Part shown: piece after piece, positions 1 through 39,617 of the stretch | Layout: each line of letters starts with the position of its first letter | Numbering within the stretch: the first letter of the stretch is position 1 | Source of the DNA: Tubiluchus corallicola | Lineage: Eukaryota > Animalia > Priapulida | Reading direction: 5' to 3' | Assembly: GCA_030141605.1 (NCBI GenBank) | Contig: JAQGDQ010002366.1 | Span: 194,660 to 258,659 of the forward strand | Length of the DNA stretch: 64,000 nucleotides | Program-made: the position numbers and the translations under genes | Notes under the pieces: model-generated | The model's database searches: none | Told to the model about the DNA's origin: nothing | What the model saw: the letters and a program-made list of their open reading frames with translations, nothing else

Positions 1-371
1 CAGAGTAAACAATCAAACTGTACTATAAATGTTTATTTAGCAACAATTCCTATCTTGAGATCTTTAGGCAGAAAAATTCTGGTAATCGCGGTCAGAACTC
101 TTTTCTGACCTTTTCCTAGTTTTTACTGAAAAAGATTTTGGCTGCTTTTGAAGTAAAATGAAATGAAATTATATGTCTGTTAGCCTCATATTTTCATGTC
201 ACACTTTTGTTTGGCCTGTGTATGTTTGACTTGTGTATGCACTGTAGATATTTTCTAACATCTGCAAATATTAACTATTGTCTTGAAAATTTTAATGAAA
301 ACATTTAATTTAGAAAAATTTTGGTATGCTTATATTTGTAACTGCATTGGAACTAATAAGTTTTCTTGCAG

Positions 372-26329
<25,958 letters not shown>

Positions 26330-28149
26330 AAATGCTTTACTTTTTTGTACCTGCATGCAGGTAATGTGCAAGTAGAAATCTTGCCAAAATGGCACAATTG
26401 AGTTTTAAAGCTGCTCTGAAGGCAAAATATGTGATTGGGTGTCAAAATGTAGTTTAGACATTTCTGATAACCATATTAAATTTAACAGGAAAGCTTTGTA
26501 CAAACAAAAAAAAAACTGTATTAGTTTCGGCATGATGGCTCGGATGTCTGTGCTTGCGCGTACGTGGGAAAACACATTAAAAATGCTACTGTGTCAGAAG
26601 TAATCTTTGTGAATTTAATCTAAAATAAATATTATTGTTATGATAGCTTAATTGGCTAATAGCCATGGCTTTTTTGGCTAATGCAAGTACAGCAATAAAG
26701 ATTTTAACTATTCTGCCTAAATTTAATGAAAACTATATTTGACCTAGGTTAGAAGTTACTGAATGGCTATGATTTTTTCTGCAATTTTGAAGCATTTTTG
26801 CAATGATAATAATTGCTTTAATATTAGTATTAGTGTTAGTATTACTATTGTAACTCTGGCAGTGGGACATTTAAAAAGTAAGAATGATTAGAAATCCGCA
26901 AAGTTAGCTACGCTTAGTGGCAGTAATAAAGCAACACAGCTTGGGTACCTATGTTGTCATGCTAAAACTTTGCTTGCTGCTACCTTGTTACTAAAATTTT
27001 TTCATCAATCGCATATAGTGGATTGAAGTAACTGAAGAAAAAGCTGTAATTTGAACTTAACATTCTACCCTGCTTTAAGGCCTGTAAATAAAGAATTATT
27101 TGGATATTATTAATTTTATAGCTGTAATTTATTTTTAATTGCATCAGTAATGCAGAAAGCTGAAATGGTACTAATTTAAAAAATGCACGTGCTGTTATTT
27201 TTCATTAAACACGCCTTAAGCATGATTGTTTATTGCAGTTGTCTTTATAATCCTACACGCATATTTGCACACTTGTGTGAATAATTGTTTAGAATTCAAT
27301 TTGTACTTATTTTGTGAAATACAGATTTAATGCATATATCAAAATGAGACTACGTGTATAATTAAATTTTCCTGATAGAGTTAATTGTTTTTGTTGCAAA
27401 AATAAACAAAAAGTCTGTTACAATTCCCCAGCTGCTTCCATTTACCTAAATCGACTTTCTTGTAATGAGCAGACTGTTTGTTGGTATCAATCAATCTATT
27501 GGTTTTATTTTGCTGGCAATAGCTGTTGATTTGGCTAGTAAATGGGTAAATAGTCAACCACTGTAGTTTATTCAATTAAAGCTGCACTCTAAACAGTGCA
27601 AAAAACGTCATTGCCTCATGAAAATAGATGGATGCTTATTCTTTTTAAATAATGAACAATATTAGGAAATAATAATAGTAAGCTATCTACATATATAAGG
27701 TGTAAAGCAATCTAATCTAGACGTATTCAGCCTGCAGTGCAAACATGCTCCCAGTTTTGGGAAATGTTTATTTTAGTCGTTTGTTAGAAGTCCAAATGTG
27801 ACTATAAGCAACTTGCCTCAGTTACAAGCAATACCATTTCAGCTGAAAAATTAGAAAGAAAAGCAGATGGTTCTGCAGATTGTTTTCTGATTGAATTATA
27901 GTATTGCATCTGCATCTCATTATGCTTTGCAGTTGTATGATTGTAAACTTGATTGTCCCAAATAACCTCTACCTTGCAAATGTTATACCCATTTAGGCCA
28001 TCAGCAACAGATTTCAGTCACTAGTAAATTACTGGGTGTGTTATAGCTGTAACTATGTGTATTAAAATAACTGGTACCCTATTATATGAATAAGTTCTTG
28101 TATTTTGTTTTTATTAATAGATTGTTCAAAGTTGTATGATTAAGTAGAA

Positions 28150-29120
28150 CATGTCAAATTGTTTCATTTTTTGTAGCTTAAAACTTAACTGCTAAAACAC
28201 TGAACAGCCAATTGCATGGTGTTAAGTCATGTAATGACAAGATTGGTGGGGGTTTGGCAAGGTGCAATGTCATCTCCTTTTTGATGTTTATTTGGAAGGT
28301 TTATTTAAATTCACCACATTATAAGATTGCAATGGGATAATTAATGTTTTTAATTATATTGGTTATCATTTGTTTAGACTTTTAGTTTATAGGGATGACA
28401 ACATGTATGAAAATTAACAGTAGGTGATAATTATATCAAAGCGTTCAACATCAATTTTGTAAATATTAGAGCAACAGTCATTATATTCTAGTCTAAGTGT
28501 TTATATGTCATGGTTTATAATATTGAAACGATAGATGACGGCAGGGTCTTTAAATGGATTTATGAAGCTAATCAATTTGGGGCAGATGAAAGCATAAGAT
28601 TCAGTTGCACAAAAGTTAATATAATCAATCTTTTATATAAAGCTGAATAATTAATTTTGGACCTTATTACAATTCCTTCTAAAACAATCTATATTAACTA
28701 CTTGTGTTTATGTAACTTAAATATTACTGTAACTCTTCCAGCAACTACCTAACCAACAATTAGCTATTATTAATGTTTCTATATTGCAAACTTCAGTGTT
28801 TAATTACTAATTATGTCGAACATCGTCAACATTTAGCTTGTTAGGACAATTTCAAATTTTTTTGTGTATGACATGCTTCACTGGCTAAATTAGAAAATAA
28901 ATTGTATCTGATATATGATAGTTAACACAAATTGAAGTGAAAAAGGCACGACAGGACACGTATAGCAGTTTGAAACCCTTGTATACAACGGTACTTAACT
29001 GTATGTGGAATTGTATTCTGATTATTGTATTAATTGTCTCTACTTTATTGTTAATTTTTATTGTATTTCTCTTTGCATGCTATGAGTACATTGTAAATAT
29101 TAATAATAATAATAAAAAAT
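28150..29120 (+). mobile_element. Heavily decayed LINE (RTE-X-like) 3' portion
   Basis: GVWQGAMSSP…VYLEGLF RT-like remnant; ends in (AAT)n/A tail. Confidence 0.45.
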
Positions 29121-30071
29121 TATAAGAATACATGGTGCCTAGTTTGTATCTGTGGTCTAAAAGCCTTTCACAAAATTGATCATGCTATGTTATAGTCATA
29201 TCTATAGATTAGATTCTATTTACCTCCCATTAAAACCAATGAAAAAATTATGTGAGGTAAAACTTACAGTGGTTTGCACAAAAAGTTTACCCAATTTCAA
29301 TACAACTTTTTTTGTTTTTTTCATGACAGTTACGGCTTGTGGTGTGCGTGTGTGTGTGTGATAGGTATGCTATGGTGGGGCGATGTATGTACATCGTGTG
29401 GTGTGAGTTTTCGTTTAAGGTTTGCAAGCAGAATTCGTTTGCAGGGTCTGGCTAGTGATTTAGTAAAGATCAGTGATTATAACTCCCAGCTCCCTACATA
29501 AATCTTGCGGATCTGCAGATGTTCAAATTTCACACATATATCACATTTGCCCTAGTTCAGTGATCTCATGCGACTGCAAATAGTGCAATTACAACTTTCA
29601 TTATCTTGTCTGATTAACTTGCTGAGAAATTTCACTTTTTACACAATATTCATTAATTTTGTTGCAATGAGTAGTTGCAGGTAAAAAGAGCCAACGGATC
29701 TAGTAAGAGCGGTTCTTAAGCCCTTTAATGATCACACTTTTGTGTCAAGATCGTTTTTGCGTTTTGTGCGTTATTGGTAAATTTCGTAACTGTTTTATGC
29801 TGTTTTGTTCAGTAGTGAAGCGTTTTTCAGAGGGTACTGGCGGATTTTTCTCAAGTAATTAAATTATTCGCTTACTTAAACAAAAACAGCCATCTTCAAA
29901 TATTCGCGTACTTAAACAAAAACAATCAACATCTTCACTGTCGAATCGGAAATATCCAATCGGATATGTTATTTATGCAAATGTAGGACAAACTTTTTGT
30001 GCGCTAATATCTGTAAAAAAATTGTGTAAAATTTCACGCAGCAGCAGGTCACAGCTTAGCTGGAACAATAG

Positions 30072-30085
30072 GTTGCCATGGTATT
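30072..30085. promoter_or_regulatory. Candidate RFX X-box
   Basis: GTTGCCATGGTATT versus consensus GTTRCCATGGYAAC (12/14), in a locally CpG-richer segment upstream of a ciliary gene. Confidence 0.35.
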
Positions 30086-30269
30086 TGCCACATGCAGCTG
30101 CTATGTTCACTGTCTTGCTGTAGCTTATAACATCACACTACCGTGGATACGCTCGAACCTCTTCACCACCGGTGGCGAGTAAACAGACATCAATAAAAAG
30201 TGTCTGTTTGCGAGAGCAACAACACGATCAATTTGATTTACAAATCGCACCAAATATCTTTGGCGTCAA

Positions 30270-32130
30270 TTTGCTTTTACTATTCACTCGTCTTTAAATA
30301 TACTTTTTGTTTCAACAGCTCGTTAACATACATCCTAGTCAGTAGTAATTTATTTATGTTCCATTCACTTATATCTTTCGCAGATAGGCCCAACTTGTTG
30401 ATATACACAGCCTTACATTCAAAAAGATGCTCGGTAGTATCCTCTGCTACCTGACATAGAGAACATTTAAGATCCTCTTTATACAGATTTTTGAAATTTA
30501 CTTTAACATCTATCATACTAAGTCAAATTGACATAATATCTTTCATTTCGTCTAACCTACATTTGTCTTTGGAAAGTTCTGTTTTTTAAAAATCTTAATT
30601 TTGTTATAGTATCTATTTTAGTTTTAAGCTCTCTTTCTATAAATAATTGAATTTCATTCTTTACATACCATTTCCATCTAGATTTGGTTATTACATTTAT
30701 ATGCACTGTATGTATATCAATATTATATTCATTCATGATGTGTTTCATTTCTGAATACCAACATTATTAAAGTTACTATTAATTTGCATTTTTAGCAGGG
30801 GCGGAACTAGGGGGGAGCGAGGGGGCACGCGCCCCCCTGTGAAAATTCGCCCCCCCTGCAAAATCGGATAAATAATTTTTTTGCAGTGAAAATTGCAGTT
30901 CGCATGTAATCATTTTCAATATGAATTAGAATTAGGTAAAAAATGTTTGGTAGCTTCAGTGTACGTGCAGACAAAACTCAGTGTGCATAGAGGTGCCTAT
31001 CACAGTGTAGGCCTACAGGGACCACACACAGTCACAGGCTCTGCACACGGGCCAACAGGTCTGTGTGCACAGCTATAGGATGCTGGTGTAGCAGCGGTAT
31101 CATGCTGAAATTTGAGACTTTTTGAAAACTTTAGACTTTTTTGTCCAAGGAGTGTCGTTCCACATTTCATTTTGACATTATTTCCTGCGTATTATTTTCT
31201 TAAAACTTGTGTGTGATAAATTTCTGTAAATAACAATTTAGTTAGAGGCACATTAATAACGTTATGTTAACTGAGAGTTAATTTTCTCATTAGTGCTCTG
31301 TCCGCTACACACATGCTAATTATAGGCCTGCATGCAGTATAAAAGGGGTTAAAAATTGGCTTAACCATTATTTAACCACTTCGGATACCTCGCCCTCCCA
31401 GAAAATTTTTGCGCCCCCCCCCTGCTTGCCACATCTAGTTCCGCCCCTGATTTTTAGAACTTATTTTGCCATTCTTTCATCACTTGAGTTCATTAATAGA
31501 TGATAATACGTTAATTTTTATAATCTACGATACAAATCATTGGCCAGATTTTTGTTTCACTTAACATGCCCCAATATGGCGTACTATCTTTTTGAATCTT
31601 TTTAAAATTTTTGCTAGTGCTTCTTTTTGTTTACTTTCTAATTTATCTATTTCTGATTTGGTGAAATTGGTCCAAGTCTCAGCATTATTGATTATTGATG
31701 GTATTACTGTGTTTTCGTACAGCATTAGCCGAACAGCTGTAACAGTAGTTCCAAACCAATTTATTATTACCAATTTTCATTATTTCTAAAATCATAAATT
31801 TCATTTTATCTTTTCTTTTTTCAAACATAAGCTGATAATTATTTTTGCTATTAAACCAGTCTCCCGAGTATTTATATTCATGAGTTCGTGTAATTTGGCC
31901 ATTTTTTTACATTCAATATTAGGTCTTTACTGTTTCTCTTTTTTGTCATATTAGTTGTCATGTAAGTTGAAGGTCATCATTTTTTGAGTTCTATCTCCCT
32001 AAAATTCTCTGCTGCTTTAATCATTGTTTCTGTAGTCCCTACTGATAACACGTCATCCACATATAACAGGGTGCCAATTTCTAAATCAGGGCCAAACATT
32101 GTCACTGGATGATACTGTATGTCTATTATA
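30270..32130 (-). mobile_element. Non-LTR retrotransposon ORF2 3' part (RT and C-terminal CCHC), interrupted by a hAT MITE
   Basis: GTLLYVDDVL at about 32050-32080; LYENTVIPSIINNAETW; CSLCQVAEDTTEHLFEC zinc knuckle. Confidence 0.8.
30796..31449. mobile_element. hAT-type MITE nested in the LINE
   Basis: Perfect 15-bp TIR CAGGGGCGGAACTAG / CTAGTTCCGCCCCTG; 8-bp TSD ATTTTTAG on both sides. Confidence 0.92.
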
Positions 32131-32745
32131 TATATTATACTGTATATCTACACTGGATGGGCATTGCTATGGTGACTGAGCAATTTTTTATCTGCCATCC
32201 ACAGACGAGTTAAAAAAACAACGCAAGCGTGAACTTGCACTACTTGCAGTCGTATGTTTCCCCATTTTGATAAATTTACACTTTGTATATATTTTATCGT
32301 TTTTTATATGTAAGTAATGTCAACGGATGTATTTTGATTTTGCCACTTCACAATGTAGGCTGGCTTAAGAGCTAAGACAGCCTGCCAGTCTCATCTTTTA
32401 TAAAATAACGTATATTTTCTAAATGTTCTTAATAATAATAATAATAATAATAAAATCCGTGGATCGGATACAGTTGCGGATTTTTCGGTACCGGATAACC
32501 GTGAAAGTGATAACCGCGGCTGTGCTAATGTCAGTGGACCTTAAGGCGCCATGTACCGCACCAGCCCTTAAAGCGTATGGGTTAACGGAATGTCCAAATA
32601 ACGCGCCAGAATCTGTCAGAAACTGAGACGAGTTTAACTTAGTGGCAGCGTCTGTCCCCCTTGTTTGTTTAATAATAATAATTTAAAATATAAATATGCT
32701 TTAAATAATTAATTGAACGCACATTATACAGTCAATAAAATAAAA

Positions 32746-32819
32746 TATCACTTTTATTCCAACTCTAGAGTCAAGTATATATATATATACTTGGCTCTAG
32801 AGTTGGCATAAAAGTGATA
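32746..32819. repeat. 74-bp near-perfect palindrome centred on (TA)n
   Basis: TATCACTTTTATTCCAACTCTAGAGTCAAGTATA…TATACTTGGCTCTAGAGTTGGCATAAAAGTGATA; 2 mismatched pairs. Confidence 0.9.
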
Positions 32820-33039
32820 ATCTTTATTTGCCATTAAAATACATTGATAATCACTGAATAAAGACTTTGCAGAGATGATCAATTAGTATTAGTTAATAAA
32901 AACGCACTGCTAAAAGCAAATGCATGGGTGCAATCTAAACTACTGTGCAGTAACGAAAAGTAATGACGAATAAAAATAAAACATATCTACAAATAAAATA
33001 AAACTATTCACAAATATAAAAATTATGATTTAGTTAATA

Positions 33040-35390
33040 TGGCCGTGGATACATAAATTCTGCATTGGTGTGTATGTTGTACTGGTGTAATGGTATTTCA
33101 TATTTGGTTAATATTAATGATTTTAGTTTTGTTTTGAACGCTGATAGGGACCTGATTTGTTTAACCTGTAATGGTAGAATTCCAAAGTAGAATTGCTTGC
33201 TTGATTATAGAGTTCGTTCCATAGTGGGTATTTGTCCTAATTTGTTTTAGATTGCTTGTACTGGAGCCGACGATAGGATTTGGAAAAAATCTATTATCTT
33301 GAAATGCTATGTTGATGTTGTTAATGTATTTATATAAAAAGAGCAGAGTAAAATATTCTTTCTGTGCTTCAATGACACTAAGTTTTAAGGTTTTTCTTAG
33401 GTTAGTTGTTGAAGCTTTCGGAGATGTGATGTGCTAGATGCCATTTTTGTGTATATGTTATTAAAGTGCTTATCACATAAAAGTCTATTGTCTCCCTGTT
33501 TGCCCAGAAATTTAACATTATTAGTTTGTTCGATTACATCATTGTCTATTGTTAAGTGGTTGATGACGAGTCAATAGTACTTAATGAGGATAACAGTATC
33601 ATGAATTCCGTTTTATCAGTATTCATTTTTAGCTTGTAGTGGCTAAATGCGATATTTTTATTTCCTATATCTTTTTTTAGATAATTTGGATATTTTCATG
33701 GGTTAGTAGATTGTAGTGTCATCAGCGTATTGTGTAATTTGTGAGTGTTGTAATACACTGGATATGTTGCTTATATATGGGCAAAATAATAACGGACCCA
33801 ATAATATTCCTTATGATATACCTCTGTCTAACATAGCCCAGTCAGAAAAGTTGGCTGTATCTAACTTTACTCGTTGTTGTCTATTTCTGAGATAAGTTTG
33901 TATCAGTTTTAATAATATCGAATCAAATCTGATTTGTTTTAAGTTATCGAAAAGTAGTTTGAGATTAATACTATCGAATGCTTTACTTAAATCTAAAAAT
34001 GCCGCTAAAATGTATTATTTGTCGACAGAGCTGTGTCTCCAGTTTTCTGTAAGTGTCTATTAGGGCGTCAATGGTTGAATGGTGTTTACGGAAGCCAAAC
34101 TGATGTTTTGATAAAAGTTCATGTTTATTTACATATGAACTTATCTGATCATAAATAATCCTTTCCCAAATTTACAAAAACAATGTATTACAGAAACTGG
34201 GCGATAATTCATGGGGTCACATTTTGAGACTTTTATTGTGGGTTCGAGTCACGCTTGCCATTTTCCATGCAGTTGGAAATCCGCCTCTCATAATTATCTG
34301 ATTAGCAATGAAATTCATATGCGTGGCTATTACAGGTGCACTATATTTTAGAATTTTGATAGGAATATCTGATGGTCCACTCCCTTTGTTAGAATTTAGG
34401 TTATTTAATATGTCCATAATTTCTCCTACTGTAACGCTTGTGAATGAAAATAATGTGTTAGTCGATTTGTTTTTGAATTTAATTATATTATTGTTAATTT
34501 GAGAAGCCACTCTCCTAACATTTAACATGTTGACAATATCTTTGGGCTCAGTAATAACAGTGTTGTTGATTTTAACTGTGTTAATACGCGTTAGTTTGTT
34601 GCACATTTATTTATTCCATTGTTAATAGTTTTCCATTTTTCTTTAGTATTTGTTGCGTTTTTACATTGTTGTCGTATATGTTTATTTTTCAATCATTTAT
34701 TAAGATTATTAAACTGATTTCTCATTTTTTTTAATTGTTATGATTGTTTTAGTTTTGGTCTTTTTCCATACATGATATTATATTATACATTGTTCTTGAC
34801 AAAGTGCTCGAACTCGTTTGTAACTTATTTTTAAAACTTTATTTTAATTCGAAGTAGTATCATAACGGTATAGAAAAAATTATAACAGCAATATGTCAGT
34901 CCTGCTTCGTATCAAAAATGGAACTCCCTCGCTAACCTGTTTGGTACAGAGAGAATCGAAATAAGCCAGCCGTGACGTCACATTCATACTTTTAAAGTTT
35001 AAATTACTGGCCTACTACAGTGCATATTTTTTAACATACATTATAATATATTATATATTACAATATATATAATTATATATATTATACAGTCTATAAATTA
35101 TACAGACGCACAAATATATTATACATTCTATTTTTGCTATTCTTAGTTTTTCAAGTTCAGGTGTTGTCCAGCTGCTTTTGTTATTGAGTTTACTTAGCTG
35201 TGGGAATTGTTTTACGTTTTTATATGGTGCATGTACATCAAGGCAATGTTCGACATTATTAACCAGAGTGTTTACATGTGTACGTATTTCATCAGTCATG
35301 TATATAGAGGTCCGGGCCATTTTTGCTAAATCGATTAAGTATGAATGTTGTTGTATTGGGTATAGTCTCTCATTAAATGCCAAGCTGAAT
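33040..35390 (-). mobile_element. Decayed LINE ORF2 (CR1/L2/Crack group)
   Basis: NKGSGPSDIP, FPTAWKMA, FGFRKHHST, FLDLSKAFDSIN, QYADDTT on minus strand; interrupted by unrelated DNA at about 34780-35110. Confidence 0.85.
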
Positions 35391-36429
35391 TAAATATTTT
35401 ATAAAGGCAAGTTATTATCATATCACACTCACTGTACTCATTCATTTATGACAAACGTTGCTCTTAAAATAGCAAATAGAAAAATAATAAACCAAAAAGG
35501 TGATGAAAATGGCTTTACTTTGGGCAAAGCAAAACTAGACAAAAGTTAATAAATACTGGAATTTTTTCTCAATTAAGCACATTTTAAAGTTAAATTTAGG
35601 TGTCTTAGCAAACTTAATCCACCTACACTGATTAATGCATTAACGAATTATTATAATTTTATAGTAATTAAACAAATTATTAGAAACCCACAATTAAAAT
35701 CTGATACCAAGCTCAATGTCCTACAGCCTACAAGAGATCCGCCGGTTGTCCCGTTTCACAAATTTAGCACATGCGCAATAACACTAGTGCAGTCTATGAG
35801 GTAATGCGGTAGACGGCGCCCTATAAGTCTGCTGTTTGTTGTGCGTTATTATGGTGAATAATGGTTTTATTCAAAATTTATATTAGTTACAGTCAAGTAC
35901 ACTGTAATTCTGTTGATAAAATTTCAAAATGAATTAGTAGGGATAGTCAAGCAATGCGTAATGCTGTAAAATAAATGTGGTTAGTTACTTGAATTTGTTC
36001 AAACTTTTCATAAAAAAATATTGGCTACCTAAAGCATAACTATCTTGAAGCCCTTAATCTCTCCTTAAATTGGTTTAAATTTGGTGCACTGACAATATTC
36101 TCTGGTAAGCTATGTCCACTACACGAAGAGAAAAGAAAATTGTAAAGTCATTGACAGGTAACAAAGCTGCACAGATTTAAGCAAAATAAACTATTTTATT
36201 GAAAACAGTAAAGAAGTTTCACAGCAACAGACTCATCAGCTTAAGGTTGTATTGTTACAGCTGGCTTACAACAGGGAAGCCCAGATTGAGCGGAGGCTAA
36301 CAGTTAAGTAGTAATGCCTATGTCACAAGTAGGATGTAACCAAAGTGACGGGGGAGTGGTGGCACAATTGAAACCATAGTGCTCTTACAAAATCTTATAG
36401 TTAGTGCTTACGTAGGGTTTAAACAATTT

Positions 36430-38491
36430 CTTTGAGTGACGATAAGTGGACTGTAAAGACACAGCTTTCTCGCACGAAAGTAATATCCCCATTCAGGTAC
36501 TTATATACCTCGTGTAAATAAGCCGTTTCTCTTTGCTGTAGGAAAGGAAAGTGCATATCTCTGTACGTATATCAACTGTATAACATGAATATTGGCTTCT
36601 GGGACTTTCTGTAATCGCTTGATATCAGACTGAAATGAAGGAGACCAGACTACGCTTGAATACTTCAGCATGCGTCGTATGTCTGCCTTATACAGAGTTA
36701 AAACTGTTTCGACTCACGATTAACAAAAGATCGCTAGATCAAACCAATCAGCCTGTTTGCCTTCTTACATGTTTTAGTTATATAAGCAGAAGGTTTAAGG
36801 TCGTGAGAAGTAATTACACCAAGATCATTATGTTGTAAAACATTTGTTAACTCTTTGGCATTCAAATAATACTGCACTGGAATTTGTGCTTTAAATTGTA
36901 ACACTACACATTTGTCAGCATTAAGCTGCATCAGCAATTACAACTGGAACTACAAATCCTGCTGAAGGCAGAATGAATCAACTGTAGAAAGCACTTTGGT
37001 GTATGCTTTAGTTTCATTGGTAGAACATACTAATATCCAGAGTGACTGAATCTGGTAGATCATTAACGAACAGTAAAAACAAAATAGATTCTAATACAAA
37101 TCCTTACGGAACTCTGCTAGTAACATGGCTCCAACTAGAACATGTGCCATTTATGACCACCTGCTATCAATGATTAACTAAGAAAGCCTTTATCCATTTA
37201 AGAATACAACCTCTAATAGTAATGTAGACTTTTAGCTAGTAAAAGCTTATGTGGCACGGTGGCGAAGGATTTATGACAGTCAAGGTATATCACGTCTACA
37301 CCTTCTCGTAGGTTATCACAAGTCGTAGTCCAAACATCAAGGACTTCAATGAGATTAGATGAGCAAGATTTACATTTCTGCAACCCATGGTTATGCAGAT
37401 TGATCAAGTTCTCAGCTAAACAAAACTCAACGAATTGTTCCTGAATTACATTCTAATGTCTTCACTATGATGCTTGTCAAAGAAACTGGATGATGATTGC
37501 TTAATTTCCTTGGACCCTTTTTTGGCAGTAGAGACGCATTGGCATCACATCAATCCTGTGACAGTTGTGATGAATCTAAGGACTTTCTGAACAAGAAATA
37601 AAACGGTTTGCCAAGGACATGTGCACAATTCGTCTACATCAGTGGAATGATTTCATTGAGACGTTTTGCTTTAGTTGCATCTATTTTTTGTCGCTGCTTT
37701 ATTGCAGAGTGAATGGAAAAGTTCACTTTCTCAAACACCCGACTAAGAGTTGGGCCTACACATTCAGACTGACGTTAGATTTTGCAATAAATACTGACGT
37801 GAAAAAATCGTTTAAACTTCAGCTTTATCCACTAAAGTCCTCCACTAAGACTTTATCAGCAGACCTAAGTAAATTATCAATAGAATTCTTAGGCTTTATG
37901 AACTGGTTGGTGTAGTTGAAAAAATTCTAGGGTTAGGTTTGGCATTTAAAACCAAGTTTCTCTCATATATTTTACAAGATTCAATCAAAGAGTTCCCAAG
38001 GCTTTAGTAGACTCATTGAAGAGTGATTTGTGTGCGTAAGAATGATAATGAGTATACTTCTTCCATGCTTTAGCCTTTTGTTTGCACTTTTATGTTACAA
38101 TTGCTGACTTCTGCCATGCCGGTTTAACAGATGTACCAGCTGAAAACTGCTTTGCAGGGATATCATTTACAACAGTATTATATCTATTGACAAATAGACT
38201 TCAGCAACTGTCTATATCTCTACCACAAAAATCTTGTTCCCAATGATAAGCACTGAATGCATTATTAGCATATCTAAAATTGGCCTTGCTAAACAATTTA
38301 ACAACTTTGTTATAGTTATTGGTATTTACGTAACTACATATGTCCATTCAAAGTATATAGAATTATGATCACTAGTATCATTATGAGCAGCTGACAAAAC
38401 TCATTGTGCTAATAGATTATCTTCAAGTGTATTTAAAAATAATTCACTAGAACTAGTATAATTTACCCAATCTATATATATATATCATATA

Positions 38492-38525
<34 letters not shown>

Positions 38526-38960
38526 TTTTTATTCATACTCATGGTACAATCACATCAAATAAACAAACAGATCAACAAGCAAAATAACATTTATTAACAA
38601 GATTAGCAAGCAATGTCTGGTAAATTAAAATCTCCTAATACGACAAAAGGAGAAGTAACCAAAAGAAGAAGCTTGCGCAATACTTTCACAAATATTAGTA
38701 AGGTTTACCAAATCACCACTTGGAATACGGCAACGTACTCCCAAAGTAATTTTGTTACAACTAGACAAATGTCAGGTGATCCACAAAATTTCACCATTAC
38801 AGACAATATCCCTGTTAAGCCCAGGACAAAAAACAGATTTAACCAAAAACAAAACACCACTACCACCTTTTGATGGTTCGGTAGCTAGACGATCTCATAA
38901 TCATGTGGTACGAATTCAGAAGAATCAATGTCACCATGGAACTACGTGTCGGTTACAGCT
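36430..38960 (-). mobile_element. Decayed CR1-like LINE ORF2 (endonuclease and RT)
   Basis: VLGDFNLPDI (AP endonuclease), VDVIYLDCHKSFATVPHKLLL, LFVNDLP, LNADKC, DLGVITSHDLKP…KANRLIGLI. Confidence 0.85.
38473..38523. repeat. (TA)n microsatellite, interrupted
   Basis: Seen directly. Confidence 0.85.
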
Positions 38961-39617
38961 ACAATATCGGGATTATTAGTGTAAATAAAATACAATAAGT
39001 CCGAATACTTATCTTGCATTAAAATAATAACAAACTAATTTTTTTAACATTTACATTAGATTGTTCAGCTAATACACCTGGTCAATCATGTGCTTCTATA
39101 CCTTCCTGCAAAATAGTAGTCATAATTGACAACAGTGTCTGTGTCACTATTGCTGTCAGACACCTCCCTAGAATAGGGAAATTCTGACCATTTTAAAAGA
39201 AAATTAAAAATACTTCGGGTTTAGGTATTTTTTGGTCCCTAGATGATCAATCATTTGCACATTTAATTTGCCTATAACCATTCCCTGACACTGCCACCTA
39301 ATTTTTGCCAGCTTCAGAGTATAAGTGAATAAAATAAAAAAGGCTTAATTGTAAAATTTTATGGTAAAAAATATAGTGAATTTTTTGCACAGATTTGGAA
39401 GGAAAACATAATTTTTACTGAAATTCCAAAATCCCTGTTAACCTGAGTCTGAAATCATGCAAACATTATGACGTTAATGAAAAAGAAGACGGATTTCACT
39501 TTAGTAGACAGATTTAGATCTTTAGTACAGGATATAATCAGCAAACTAAACATTTACTTTGTGAGATTTCTAACGTTAATTTTTCATTCACTGACATTCG
39601 TCAGTTTTTTATAAATA

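Noticed and set aside
29865-29937. Short imperfect direct duplication (tattcgc.tacttaaacaaaaaca…catcttca, twice)
   Set aside because: Two copies only; consistent with ordinary slippage and no functional signal seen.
30140-30217. HDV-like ribozyme topology (GCTC/GAGC as P2, AAACAGACA/TGTCTGTTT as P4, GCGA as J4/2)
   Set aside because: The L3 loop would be only 4 nt, P1 is bulged and lacks the G at +1, and CCACC/GGTGG competes. A covariance-model search would settle it; probably plain hairpins.
32455-32660. CpG-rich patch with a 67-aa ORF
   Set aside because: The ORF begins in an (AAT)n microsatellite and has no recognisable motif; gene or promoter status cannot be supported.
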